A stretch of 32,000 bases of DNA from a bacterium (GTDB taxonomy: Bacteria > UBP7 > UBA6624): the NCBI GenBank assembly GCA_002716355.1, contig PBAU01000013.1, positions 17,508 through 49,507 of the forward strand. The letters run 5' to 3'. Positions 24,305 to 31,901 of the stretch are shown here, piece after piece; within the stretch, counting starts at the first letter, position 1, and the number at the start of each line of letters is the position of its first letter. Below the pieces are notes generated by a model that searched no databases, was not told the DNA's origin, and was given only the letters and a program-made list of their open reading frames with translations. The translations under genes were made by a program, and so were the position numbers.

Positions 24305-24394
24305 CGGAGGGTGAGGGATTCGAACCCCCGAGACAGGGTTTGCCCGCCTAACGGTTTTCAAGACCGCCGCCTTCGTCCACTCGGCCAACCCTCC
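24305..24394 (-). tRNA. tRNA-Ser (anticodon TGA)
   Basis: Reverse complement GGAGGGTTGGCCGAGTGGACGAAGGCGGCGGTCTTGAAAACCGT...GGGGGTTCGAATCCCTCACCCTCCG. Anticodon stem GCGGT/ACCGT, loop CTTGAAA, long variable arm. Confidence 0.93.
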
Positions 24395-24418
24395 TTTTAA
24401 AAAATATATTCTTGAATT

Positions 24419-24682
24419 TTAATATGAATCGTTTTCATCCTTGACAAAAACCTTATTCAAGTCAAAATGATCCTTGCAAGCATCCAGGGCATTAATAAAT
24501 TTACTCATATCCTCTTCGTAGATAAAAACTGAAAAACGGTCAATTCGGCCTTCCTCTTTCCTTTTTTCGGTAATCTTTAAATATTTATCTCCGGTAGATG
24601 TTTTTTTTACATCTACATAATAAGTTCTTCTTCCTGCAAAGAACTTCTCTGTATGAACTTCATTATGACGATTGTCGCTCAT
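24419..24682 (-). CDS. PUR-alpha-like ssDNA/RNA-binding protein (DUF3276 family)
   Basis: FFAGRRTYYVDVKKTSTGDKYLKITEKRK...RFSVFIYEEDMSKFINAL fits the bacterial PUR repeat pattern. Strong SD (GGGGGAGG). Confidence 0.72.
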   Translation of the reverse strand: MSDNRHNEVHTEKFFAGRRTYYVDVKKTSTGDKYLKITEKRKEEGRIDRFSVFIYEEDMSKFINALDACKDHFDLNKVFVKDENDSY

Positions 24683-24725
24683 AAAAACCTCCCCCTACTA
24701 ACATAAAACAAAGATGAATTCTAAT

Positions 24726-25394
24726 TCAACTAATTAAATCAATTATCCCATCTGTATCGGAAAGATTTTCGAGAAGGATATCCGGTTTAGATTGAACAAG
24801 TCTTTGTTTGATCTTGTCATTGTGACATCCTGTCATTACGGCTAGGCATTTTGCATTGTTCGCATGAGCTGTTTCAACATCCCTATAAGTATCGCCAATA
24901 ACCCATATGTTTTGGGTCTCTTTCCAACCATTTTCTTTTGCTTTCTGTAAGGCAACAGGGACTAATTCTTCACGAGTTGAACCATCATCTGCCCATGCTC
25001 CCCATCTGAAAAAATGGTTTAATCCATAAAAATCCAACTTCATCCTTCCTGTTTTTTCCCAATTACCCGTAAGCAAGCCATAACAAATATTCAATTCATT
25101 CAATTTTTCCAATAATGGAAAAACGCCAGGTAAAACACTGCCTTGACATTTTTTCAAAGAGGTTGGCATTCTTTCTTCAACATAAGATTTAAAAATTCTC
25201 AAATCTTTACTGCTTGGATTTTCTCCTATGCCAGATATCCAAGCTCTTGCATTTTCTGAATCTAAACCACCTGCAAAATCAATACTTCCAGGAGACTTTT
25301 TGTACATTTTCTTCACCGAATGCTCAAAAGCATCTACACCAGCGAAACCGGTTAACATCAACGTTCCATCAATATCAAACAAAAGAAGAGTCAT
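24726..25394 (-). CDS. HAD-superfamily hydrolase (phosphoglycolate-phosphatase-like)
   Basis: MTLLLFDIDGTL (motif I) and VIGDTYRDVETAHANNAKCLAV (motif IV). ATG at 25394 is preferred over the TTG at 25421. Confidence 0.8.
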   Translation of the reverse strand: MTLLLFDIDGTLMLTGFAGVDAFEHSVKKMYKKSPGSIDFAGGLDSENARAWISGIGENPSSKDLRIFKSYVEERMPTSLKKCQGSVLPGVFPLLEKLNELNICYGLLTGNWEKTGRMKLDFYGLNHFFRWGAWADDGSTREELVPVALQKAKENGWKETQNIWVIGDTYRDVETAHANNAKCLAVMTGCHNDKIKQRLVQSKPDILLENLSDTDGIIDLIS

Positions 25395-25426
25395 TCTTTG
25401 TTTGATTGTAAATAGAATCAATGTAG

Positions 25427-26839
25427 ATGGGAATCTTTTTAGCTGTTATTCTTGGAGTAGGGAATCTTTTCTCCAAAGAAAAAGAAGCAGTTGCTGAAGT
25501 CCAACCTCCATGGATAGAAATCAGGGGTGAACTTAAATTTGCAAATGATGCAAATCCAATACTGATAGAAAATGCAAAAATATTCCAAGGCGAAGGATTA
25601 GTTATTGAAAAAGGTTGGATTTTTTTAAAAGATCGACTTGTTCATTCGATTGGAGAGGGAAGCTTTGCTGGGGAAATTTATGATAATTTCACTATTATCG
25701 ATGCTGAAGGCAAATACATAACGCCTGGAATGATTGACATCCATTCTCATATGGGCGTATATGCCAATCCTGGACCAGCAGCACACAGTGATGGCAATGA
25801 GATGGTTAACCCTGTGACAGCTGGCATTGAAACCATACATGCATTTTGGCCACAAGATATAGCCATTGAAAGAGCTGTTGCTGGGGGCACAACAACAATT
25901 CAGGTGCTTCCTGGTTCTGCAAACCTTATAGGTGGACGTGCTGCAACCCTGAAGCTACACCCAAGATTAACACCGCAGGATATGAGGTTTCCCGGAGCTA
26001 AAGATGGCCTAAAAATGGCATGTGGAGAAAATCCTAAAAGGGTTTATGGAGATAGGGGTGGCCCCCAAACAAGAATGGGCAACCTTTATCGCAACAGACA
26101 GGTTTGGATCAATGCTGTTGAGTATTCAAAAAACTGGAAAAAATGGGAACAAGAATGGGAACAATGGAGCAAAAAACAACAAGGAGAAGAGCCAAATCCC
26201 CCCTCAAGAGATTTAACCATGGAGACCATGATGCTGTTAATGGACGGCGAAATTTTGGCTCAGGTTCATTGCTATAGGGCTGATGATCTGCTGCATATGA
26301 TAGACCTGTCACATGAATTTAATTGGCATTTGAGGGTTTTCCATCACGCTATTGAATCGTACAAAATAAGAGATGTCTTGGCGAAAAACAATACAGGCGT
26401 TGGTATTTGGGCAGACTGGTGGGGTTTCAAATATGAAGCATATGACGCTACAACGGCTGGACCAGGCTTGTCTCATGTTGAAGGCGTAAATGTAATTATT
26501 CATAGCGACAGTGCGATCGACATACAAAGGCTCAATCAGCGCGCAGCCCAAATCTATTATGAAGCTATTGAAAAAGGTTTAAACATAAAGGAAGAAGAGG
26601 CTATTGATTGGTTTACATACAATGCAGCTTGGGGTTTAGATATACATGAACAAACAGGAAGCTTGAAAGTTGGAAAAATGGCCGATTTGGTTATATGGAG
26701 CCATCATCCTCTATCTATTCAAGCTTTGTCGGAAATGACAATCATAGATGGTGAAATAATGTGGGATATCACCAAAGGTTTCTCTAGTTGGAGTGATTTT
26801 GAAACAGGGCAATGGACATTTGACAGGAGTATGGAATGA
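25427..26839 (+). CDS. Amidohydrolase-superfamily metallohydrolase (dipeptidase/carboxypeptidase-like), predicted active
   Basis: N-terminal signal/anchor. GMIDIHSHMGVY (HxH), HCYRADD, FHHAIESYK and IIHSDS retain the metal ligands of the amidohydrolase fold. Confidence 0.85.
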   Translation: MGIFLAVILGVGNLFSKEKEAVAEVQPPWIEIRGELKFANDANPILIENAKIFQGEGLVIEKGWIFLKDRLVHSIGEGSFAGEIYDNFTIIDAEGKYITPGMIDIHSHMGVYANPGPAAHSDGNEMVNPVTAGIETIHAFWPQDIAIERAVAGGTTTIQVLPGSANLIGGRAATLKLHPRLTPQDMRFPGAKDGLKMACGENPKRVYGDRGGPQTRMGNLYRNRQVWINAVEYSKNWKKWEQEWEQWSKKQQGEEPNPPSRDLTMETMMLLMDGEILAQVHCYRADDLLHMIDLSHEFNWHLRVFHHAIESYKIRDVLAKNNTGVGIWADWWGFKYEAYDATTAGPGLSHVEGVNVIIHSDSAIDIQRLNQRAAQIYYEAIEKGLNIKEEEAIDWFTYNAAWGLDIHEQTGSLKVGKMADLVIWSHHPLSIQALSEMTIIDGEIMWDITKGFSSWSDFETGQWTFDRSME

Positions 26840-28167
26840 ATGCTTTAATATTGCTATTTAGTTCTTTTTTTAATTTGACATGGATCTCTCAGGTCATTAT
26901 GGAGTTTGAAAACAAAATTGCTATTCAGAATGTCGAAGCTTGGATTGGGACTGAAGAATGTGCAGGTGCTTCTTCTGGAAGATGTATCGAGAAAATTCCA
27001 AATGCAGTAATACTTATTAAAAACGGCCTTATCGAAAGTGTTTCTGAAAGCAGCCATGTTGGATGGCAGGAAAAAAACCCAGAAGGATATGTTGTCAAAG
27101 ATGGACATGGGTTAATTGCGACTGTTGGATTTTTCGATATCGGTACATCAATAGGACTGCCTTCAATAAGCGGTTCTGATATTATGGATCTTGAATCCGT
27201 TCACAGTCATGGTCATTCCCATAACCATACAGCCTCTTCAGTAGCAGGCATACAAGAAGAAAGGGGGTTCGGTAAAAATAATATTGATGATTTCAAACCT
27301 GATGCAAGTCATGTCAAGTTAGCAAGAAGGGGCGGTGTGGCCTTGGCTTTAATAAGGGGAAGCGGCCTAAATGGAATTGTTTGCCTTTCAGACAGCAAAA
27401 AAATTCCGGGGTATGCTGAAAAATGTAGTGATGTGCAGTCAATATCTCTTCCTTGGAATGGTGGCTCAAAAGGTAAAGAACTTTGGAAAAAATGGAAAGA
27501 GGATGCTGACTTTTATATGAATAATTCAGAAAAATTCTCTATAGGTGAACTACACACACTATCCCTACCTTTTGAGGAGCTTGAAGTTCTTTCTAAAGCT
27601 TTTAACGGAGATATTCCTGTGTTTGTCTCGGTTTCTGATGCGAAATCAATTCTAGATGTAATAAAAATTGCTAAAGAATGGGGTATGAAACTAATACTTC
27701 AAGGCGTACATGAAGGATGGGTAGTCGCTAAAGAGATTGCTGAAAGTCAATATTCTGTGCTGATAGACAGTGAGGCAAATCTTCTAGGTGGCTTTGATTC
27801 AATGGGAGCAACATTGAAAAATGGTCAGATAATGGCTGAACATGGGGTTAATGTTATTTTTTCTGCATTCAGCTCACACAACCTTCAAAGAATTCGTTTT
27901 AAGGCTGGCATCGCTTGGGCAAATGGCTTATCTGAAGGTGATGCACTGGCAGCGATAACTGAAAATCCAGCTACTGCACTAGGGCTTAATGACTATTCAG
28001 GAAAAATTGAAAAAGGCATGAGGGCAGATATAGCACTTTGGACAGATCATCCTTTTGAATACAAGGGTAGGCTGAACTCCTTGATGGTTGGCGGCAATTG
28101 GGTAGATCTAAAATCAAGACAAGACTACCTATTTGAAAAATACAGAGAACTGCCTGTTTACAAATAA
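26836..28167 (+). CDS. Amidohydrolase-like paralog lacking metal ligands (predicted pseudoenzyme), with a His-rich loop
   Basis: ATGA overlap with the upstream gene. The aligned positions read GFFDIGTSIG (HxH -> GxS), VSVSDAK (H lost) and VIFSAFSS (H and D lost). Insert SVHSHGHSHNH. The C-terminal ENPATALGL...GKIEKGMRADIALW is a conserved amidohydrolase tail. Confidence 0.75.
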   Translation: MNALILLFSSFFNLTWISQVIMEFENKIAIQNVEAWIGTEECAGASSGRCIEKIPNAVILIKNGLIESVSESSHVGWQEKNPEGYVVKDGHGLIATVGFFDIGTSIGLPSISGSDIMDLESVHSHGHSHNHTASSVAGIQEERGFGKNNIDDFKPDASHVKLARRGGVALALIRGSGLNGIVCLSDSKKIPGYAEKCSDVQSISLPWNGGSKGKELWKKWKEDADFYMNNSEKFSIGELHTLSLPFEELEVLSKAFNGDIPVFVSVSDAKSILDVIKIAKEWGMKLILQGVHEGWVVAKEIAESQYSVLIDSEANLLGGFDSMGATLKNGQIMAEHGVNVIFSAFSSHNLQRIRFKAGIAWANGLSEGDALAAITENPATALGLNDYSGKIEKGMRADIALWTDHPFEYKGRLNSLMVGGNWVDLKSRQDYLFEKYRELPVYK

Positions 28168-28169
28168 AA

Positions 28170-29891
28170 CTAATCTTTTAGATTGAATTTAAAACTAACA
28201 GATTTTGCTTTCTGTGCAGAAAAAATCATGTTTATCTTGCTGTTTCTCTTGCCCTCAACAAACATTGTTACCCATTTTTGGCCATATGAATCAACATGTC
28301 CGATATGGGCACAATTGTCCCTGGTTTCAAACTGTGATGCAATTAAATGAAGATTGTGACCGGGTCTTAAATTCTTTTCTCTAGTTCCAGCAATCGACAA
28401 ATCGGCGCCTTCTAGACAAATCTTGTCAGAATGAGCATAACCACTTCTAACGCCTTGTGATGAAGCTGTTGGCATTGCTGATACGTTTTTCAACTGGACA
28501 TCAACCCTCCAAAGATTTCTGTCTATCTCAACAATCTCCATTTCTCCAAACTCAACCTTTGGCATGAATGAAGCATGCATAAGTGTGAATAATGTATTCT
28601 GCATTGCCATATCAAAAAGCTCATCCGGTAAAGGCATCCTGGTACAAAAAGATTTCCAACCGCCTATTTCAATTTCACCAAGTTCTGGATGGTTATAAGG
28701 TTCCCAGTCAGCAAAACACGATCCGTGAGCAACTTCATCATTCCATTTCAATTTTTCTACCTGTGAAGAATACCCATCGCCATCATAATCAGGATTGAAA
28801 CTATACAACTCATTCGTAAAAGAAAAAATGCCCAATTCACCATATGTCCAATCAAAAAAACCGCCACTAACAGGGTAAAGCCCACTGTAAACCTCAAGAT
28901 ACTCATAATCAGGAAGAAAATTCTTAGCTCTTTCAGCCATAAAATCCATAACTCTTTTATCTTTTGAAGACAATCCTCTTTCGGAAGATTCCTTGGTGCC
29001 TGGAGGGCGCAAAATCATATCTCCTGCGTTGTGGTAGCTTTGCACAGCTGCAATATTTGGATGTTTACGAATAAAAGCAGCTGTCACATATGCTTCTGGT
29101 TCCGAAAGCATGTATGGACCTGCGCCATATTGCTTATGATCTGCAGCCCAATCCCAAGGCCACTGCCTGTTTAAATCTACACCTCCAAGGCCATCTTCAT
29201 TGATTGATCCATCAGAATCGTTATCAATGCCCTCCGTCCAGAAAACCTCCCATTCGCCATAGGCATCAAACTCCTTGCCATCCATCGCCCTGGAATCAAT
29301 TGAGGATACCTGATTGCCGTAAATGCTTCTTCTTCTCATTTGCGTGATCTCACCATCTCCATTCAGGTCTTCAGGACCATCTTCGTCAAAATAACCGTCT
29401 CTATCATTGTCAAAAGGTCTTATGTTCTGCCTTGGACTGTGTGGAGTGTTAGGTTCGTGAAAAAATCTATGCCGGCTATCCGGATTAACGGTTGGAGCAA
29501 TATAAAAAGAATAATCATTTAATAACTGTGTTACCCATTCATCCTTGTTGAATCTTGTCACCAGATAATAAATTGTAAAAATTGAAATCTCACTTCCCTG
29601 TATCTCATTGCCGTGTGTATTAGCGTCAATATACATTGCTGGCTTTGATGAATGCTCACCTGTTAAAGGATTATTTACTGTAACGACCCATATATCCCTG
29701 CCTTCACGACTTTTTCCCATAACATCAAGGGTCAAAAGCTCCGGGTAAGCATCTGTTAGATCTATCAATATATCCCTCATCTCCTCATAATCATAATAAG
29801 TTGAAAAATCAATATTCACTTTGGGCTCAATTGTCCTTGGAGGAGTGAAAGCACATAGGGTAAAAATCAAAAAATACATAAAAAACTTCAT
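28170..29891 (-). CDS. M14-family zinc carboxypeptidase, secreted, predicted active
   Basis: Signal peptide. IDANTHGNEIQGSE (HxxE zinc site), SYHNAGDMILRPP (third zinc ligand His), FSFTNEL (catalytic Glu). Acidic Ca-binding-like inserts DNDRDGYFDEDGPEDLNGDGEI and DNDSDGSINEDGLGGVDLNRQW. Confidence 0.88.
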   Translation of the reverse strand: MKFFMYFLIFTLCAFTPPRTIEPKVNIDFSTYYDYEEMRDILIDLTDAYPELLTLDVMGKSREGRDIWVVTVNNPLTGEHSSKPAMYIDANTHGNEIQGSEISIFTIYYLVTRFNKDEWVTQLLNDYSFYIAPTVNPDSRHRFFHEPNTPHSPRQNIRPFDNDRDGYFDEDGPEDLNGDGEITQMRRRSIYGNQVSSIDSRAMDGKEFDAYGEWEVFWTEGIDNDSDGSINEDGLGGVDLNRQWPWDWAADHKQYGAGPYMLSEPEAYVTAAFIRKHPNIAAVQSYHNAGDMILRPPGTKESSERGLSSKDKRVMDFMAERAKNFLPDYEYLEVYSGLYPVSGGFFDWTYGELGIFSFTNELYSFNPDYDGDGYSSQVEKLKWNDEVAHGSCFADWEPYNHPELGEIEIGGWKSFCTRMPLPDELFDMAMQNTLFTLMHASFMPKVEFGEMEIVEIDRNLWRVDVQLKNVSAMPTASSQGVRSGYAHSDKICLEGADLSIAGTREKNLRPGHNLHLIASQFETRDNCAHIGHVDSYGQKWVTMFVEGKRNSKINMIFSAQKAKSVSFKFNLKD

Positions 29892-31471
29892 TATTTAATC
29901 TCCTTTGGGTCAATTGTTAAAGAATTGACAAACGACCTGGGGTGTGTTGGCGATACTTCAATTTTCTCTCTGCCTTTGATGACCCACTCCCAAGATCTGC
30001 TTTCTCCAGGTGCAAATGAACCTAAATTAATTTGCGGCAAGCCTACAACCAGCATTGAATCACTTTCAGGAAAACGAACCCAAACATTTGATGATTCCCT
30101 GATTCGCGATGACATGTCTGAATCCGTACTCAACAAACCACTATTCCATACTCTCAATTTAACTTTTACAGTTTCTGAACCTAGCCTTTCAGATTCCTCA
30201 ATAGCTATATTGAGAATCGGCAATTCCCCAACCAAGGATTTCAGCCAACTATCGAGAATGCCTGTCAATCTTGTTTCGCCATCTGGAATCCTGCTTCTGC
30301 CATAAATTGGCCATCCTGAGGATTCTTCCCCCTCTTTGTAGCTTGTCCAATCCTGGTAACCAACAACATCAAACCATTCTTTTTCTGAAACCTGGTGCCA
30401 TGCTTTTTCAAAAATTAACTCACCAGTTTCCTCATGCTCTTTTGGCAAGCCCCATAATCCAACAGAAACTGACCACCTGCCCAAACCCGCGTAAGCCCAA
30501 TCCAAAAAATTTCCCTTCTTGGACCATGATTCAGGTCCATCTTTAGCCATGAAGAATGACTCATAAGGTGTTTGTTGTTTAAACCTTTCTCCAATTGCCT
30601 CAAATATCTTCTTGTCTTTTTGAGGGGTTTTATCAGAAGATTCATTACTCATCGGATAAGCCATGCCTGCTCCTAGATCTCTAACGTTAACAATAAATGC
30701 AACCTCAGGGGAAACCAGCAATTCATCTACAACAAACTTTACTTCACTCTCACTAACAGCAAAAGGGCCTCCGCCAGAATTGGAGTAGGGGAACTGCCAG
30801 TTGTAAGGAAAATTCCTGTCCAATGAGATTCCTCCCAATCCATCCTCTCCGTATAAGCCATCTCCATCAGAGTCATCACCTTCAATGTCACGAAGTATCC
30901 ATCCACCTTTCTCTCCTTTTACGAAGTCAGCTTTTTTCATTTTTGTTATTTCTAAATCGTCTTTTGACAATACTTCTTTCCATTCTCCCCAAGGCTTCTC
31001 TATTCTGACAGAACCAATCACTCCATCACCATTAAGGTCAAAAGGTGGATCTTCATCCTTGAATCCATCGCCATCATCATCCCAGGAAACACCATTCCAC
31101 GGGAACATTGCCGGAATGCCTGCAGCAAGCTTCAGGCCTGATGGGTTTAATCCTGGAATAGCCCTGAAGGTAACCCTGCTCAAAAGCTCAACAGCATCAT
31201 CATCACCGTTTCTATAATCCTGATCAAGATTGATCATGAAATGCTCTATTGCAGCAACTGAATAAGGCTCATCGCCTCTCAATCCGCCTATAAGGAAAAT
31301 AACGGGCTTTGAATCGTCTACGGGTAATCCTGAAACCTCCCAGAGATGACCCTCATCGCCTAATGAAGTCGTGAAACTTTTGGTAATCAGGCTTGGGGCA
31401 GATTCCAGATTCGCTTTGAGATCAAAACTGCTTGCAGTCAGAAAAAAAATAAAGATGAGTATTGTTTTCAT
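29891..31471 (-). CDS. M14-like paralog with zinc ligands and catalytic Glu substituted (predicted pseudopeptidase)
   Basis: Signal peptide. It has the same acidic inserts (DDDGDGFKDEDPPFDLNGDGVI, GDDSDGDGLYGEDGLGGISLDRNF), but IGGLRGDEPY (His->Arg), VNVRDLGAGMAYP (His->Arg) and SVSVGLWG (Glu->Gly). TAATG overlap with the downstream active M14 gene. Confidence 0.8.
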   Translation of the reverse strand: MKTILIFIFFLTASSFDLKANLESAPSLITKSFTTSLGDEGHLWEVSGLPVDDSKPVIFLIGGLRGDEPYSVAAIEHFMINLDQDYRNGDDDAVELLSRVTFRAIPGLNPSGLKLAAGIPAMFPWNGVSWDDDGDGFKDEDPPFDLNGDGVIGSVRIEKPWGEWKEVLSKDDLEITKMKKADFVKGEKGGWILRDIEGDDSDGDGLYGEDGLGGISLDRNFPYNWQFPYSNSGGGPFAVSESEVKFVVDELLVSPEVAFIVNVRDLGAGMAYPMSNESSDKTPQKDKKIFEAIGERFKQQTPYESFFMAKDGPESWSKKGNFLDWAYAGLGRWSVSVGLWGLPKEHEETGELIFEKAWHQVSEKEWFDVVGYQDWTSYKEGEESSGWPIYGRSRIPDGETRLTGILDSWLKSLVGELPILNIAIEESERLGSETVKVKLRVWNSGLLSTDSDMSSRIRESSNVWVRFPESDSMLVVGLPQINLGSFAPGESRSWEWVIKGREKIEVSPTHPRSFVNSLTIDPKEIK

Positions 31472-31497
31472 AATACGTACATCCTAAGATAAAAAAA

Positions 31498-31574
31498 TGG
31501 TCGGGACGAGAGGATTCGAACCTCCGACCTCTGCACCCCCAGCGCAGCGCGCTACCAGGCTGCGCTACATCCCG
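31498..31574 (-). tRNA. tRNA-Pro (anticodon GGG), CCA encoded
   Basis: Reverse complement CGGGATGTAGCGCAGCCTGGTAGCGCGCTGCGCTGGGGGTGCAGAGGTCGGAGGTTCGAATCCTCTCGTCCCGACCA. Anticodon stem CTGCG/TGCAG, loop CTGGGGG. Confidence 0.92.
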
Positions 31575-31605
31575 AAAACAAGTGAATAAATGAAAAAAGA
31601 ATTTA

Positions 31606-31629
31606 TTGCGGTGGCGTTAACCACCGCAA
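31606..31629 (-). terminator. Hairpin downstream of the small gene, possible intrinsic terminator
   Basis: TTGCGGTGG-cgttaa-CCACCGCAA, a 9-bp stem. On the minus strand it is followed by TAAATTCTTTTTTC, so the T-run is displaced by about 6 nt and the structure is not fully canonical. Confidence 0.45.
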
Positions 31630-31645
31630 TTATGTGAACTTAAAA

Positions 31646-31837
31646 CTAACCTTTCTTTAGAAGAGGAAGTCCAGTTCTTGCTGACTCTGTAACTACGTAG
31701 CCGCTTGGCATGTCACATGCATTTGCGCCTTCGCTTTTTGCGAACCAGTAAATCTGTTGTGTTCGTCCGCCTTTAAGATTAACCTGCTTACCGTGTAGGT
31801 ACCAAGTTCCTTTAGCATTATCGTGTGAATATGTCAT
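31646..31837 (-). CDS. Small conserved-looking hypothetical protein (63 aa)
   Basis: ORF with a GGAGGG SD 8 nt upstream of the ATG, a sigma70-like promoter upstream and a hairpin downstream. Sequence YLHGKQVNLKGGRTQQIYWFAK...PSGYVVTESARTGLPLLKK. I cannot name a family. Confidence 0.65.
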   Translation of the reverse strand: MTYSHDNAKGTWYLHGKQVNLKGGRTQQIYWFAKSEGANACDMPSGYVVTESARTGLPLLKKG

Positions 31838-31872
31838 AAATTTAACCCTCCAGAGGTAATTAAGATATAAGT

Positions 31873-31901
31873 ATTGTGCCTAAGAAAATACGGTTTGTCA
31901 A
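31873..31901 (-). promoter_or_regulatory. Sigma70-like promoter for the 63-aa gene
   Basis: The minus strand reads TTGACA (31901-31896), a 17-nt spacer, then CACAAT (31878-31873), about 35 nt upstream of the ATG. Confidence 0.45.

Noticed and set aside
10144-24394. tRNA-bounded genomic island hypothesis
   Set aside because: I saw no integrase, recombinase or phage genes, and no partial tRNA 3' direct repeat (att-like). The only shared 19-mer (GTGGGATTCGAACCCACGA) is the conserved T-arm of the two tRNA-Ser genes. The gene content is housekeeping.
24305-24394. Possible tRNA-Sec, because it is a long-variable-arm tRNA whose anticodon contains T, G and A
   Set aside because: The anticodon is TGA (reads UCN), not TCA. 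The acceptor stem is a normal 7 bp and the D-arm is standard. It is an ordinary tRNA-Ser.
26134-26170. Short DNA repeat TGGGAACAA x2 encoding a WEQEWEQW stretch in amidohydrolase 1
   Set aside because: It is a tiny in-frame repeat within a charged surface insertion, with no evidence of function or instability.
31268-31279. RGD tripeptide in the M14-like protein as an adhesion motif
   Set aside because: It arises at the degenerate zinc-site position (HGNE -> RGDE). There is no supporting context for integrin-type binding in a bacterial periplasmic or secreted protein.
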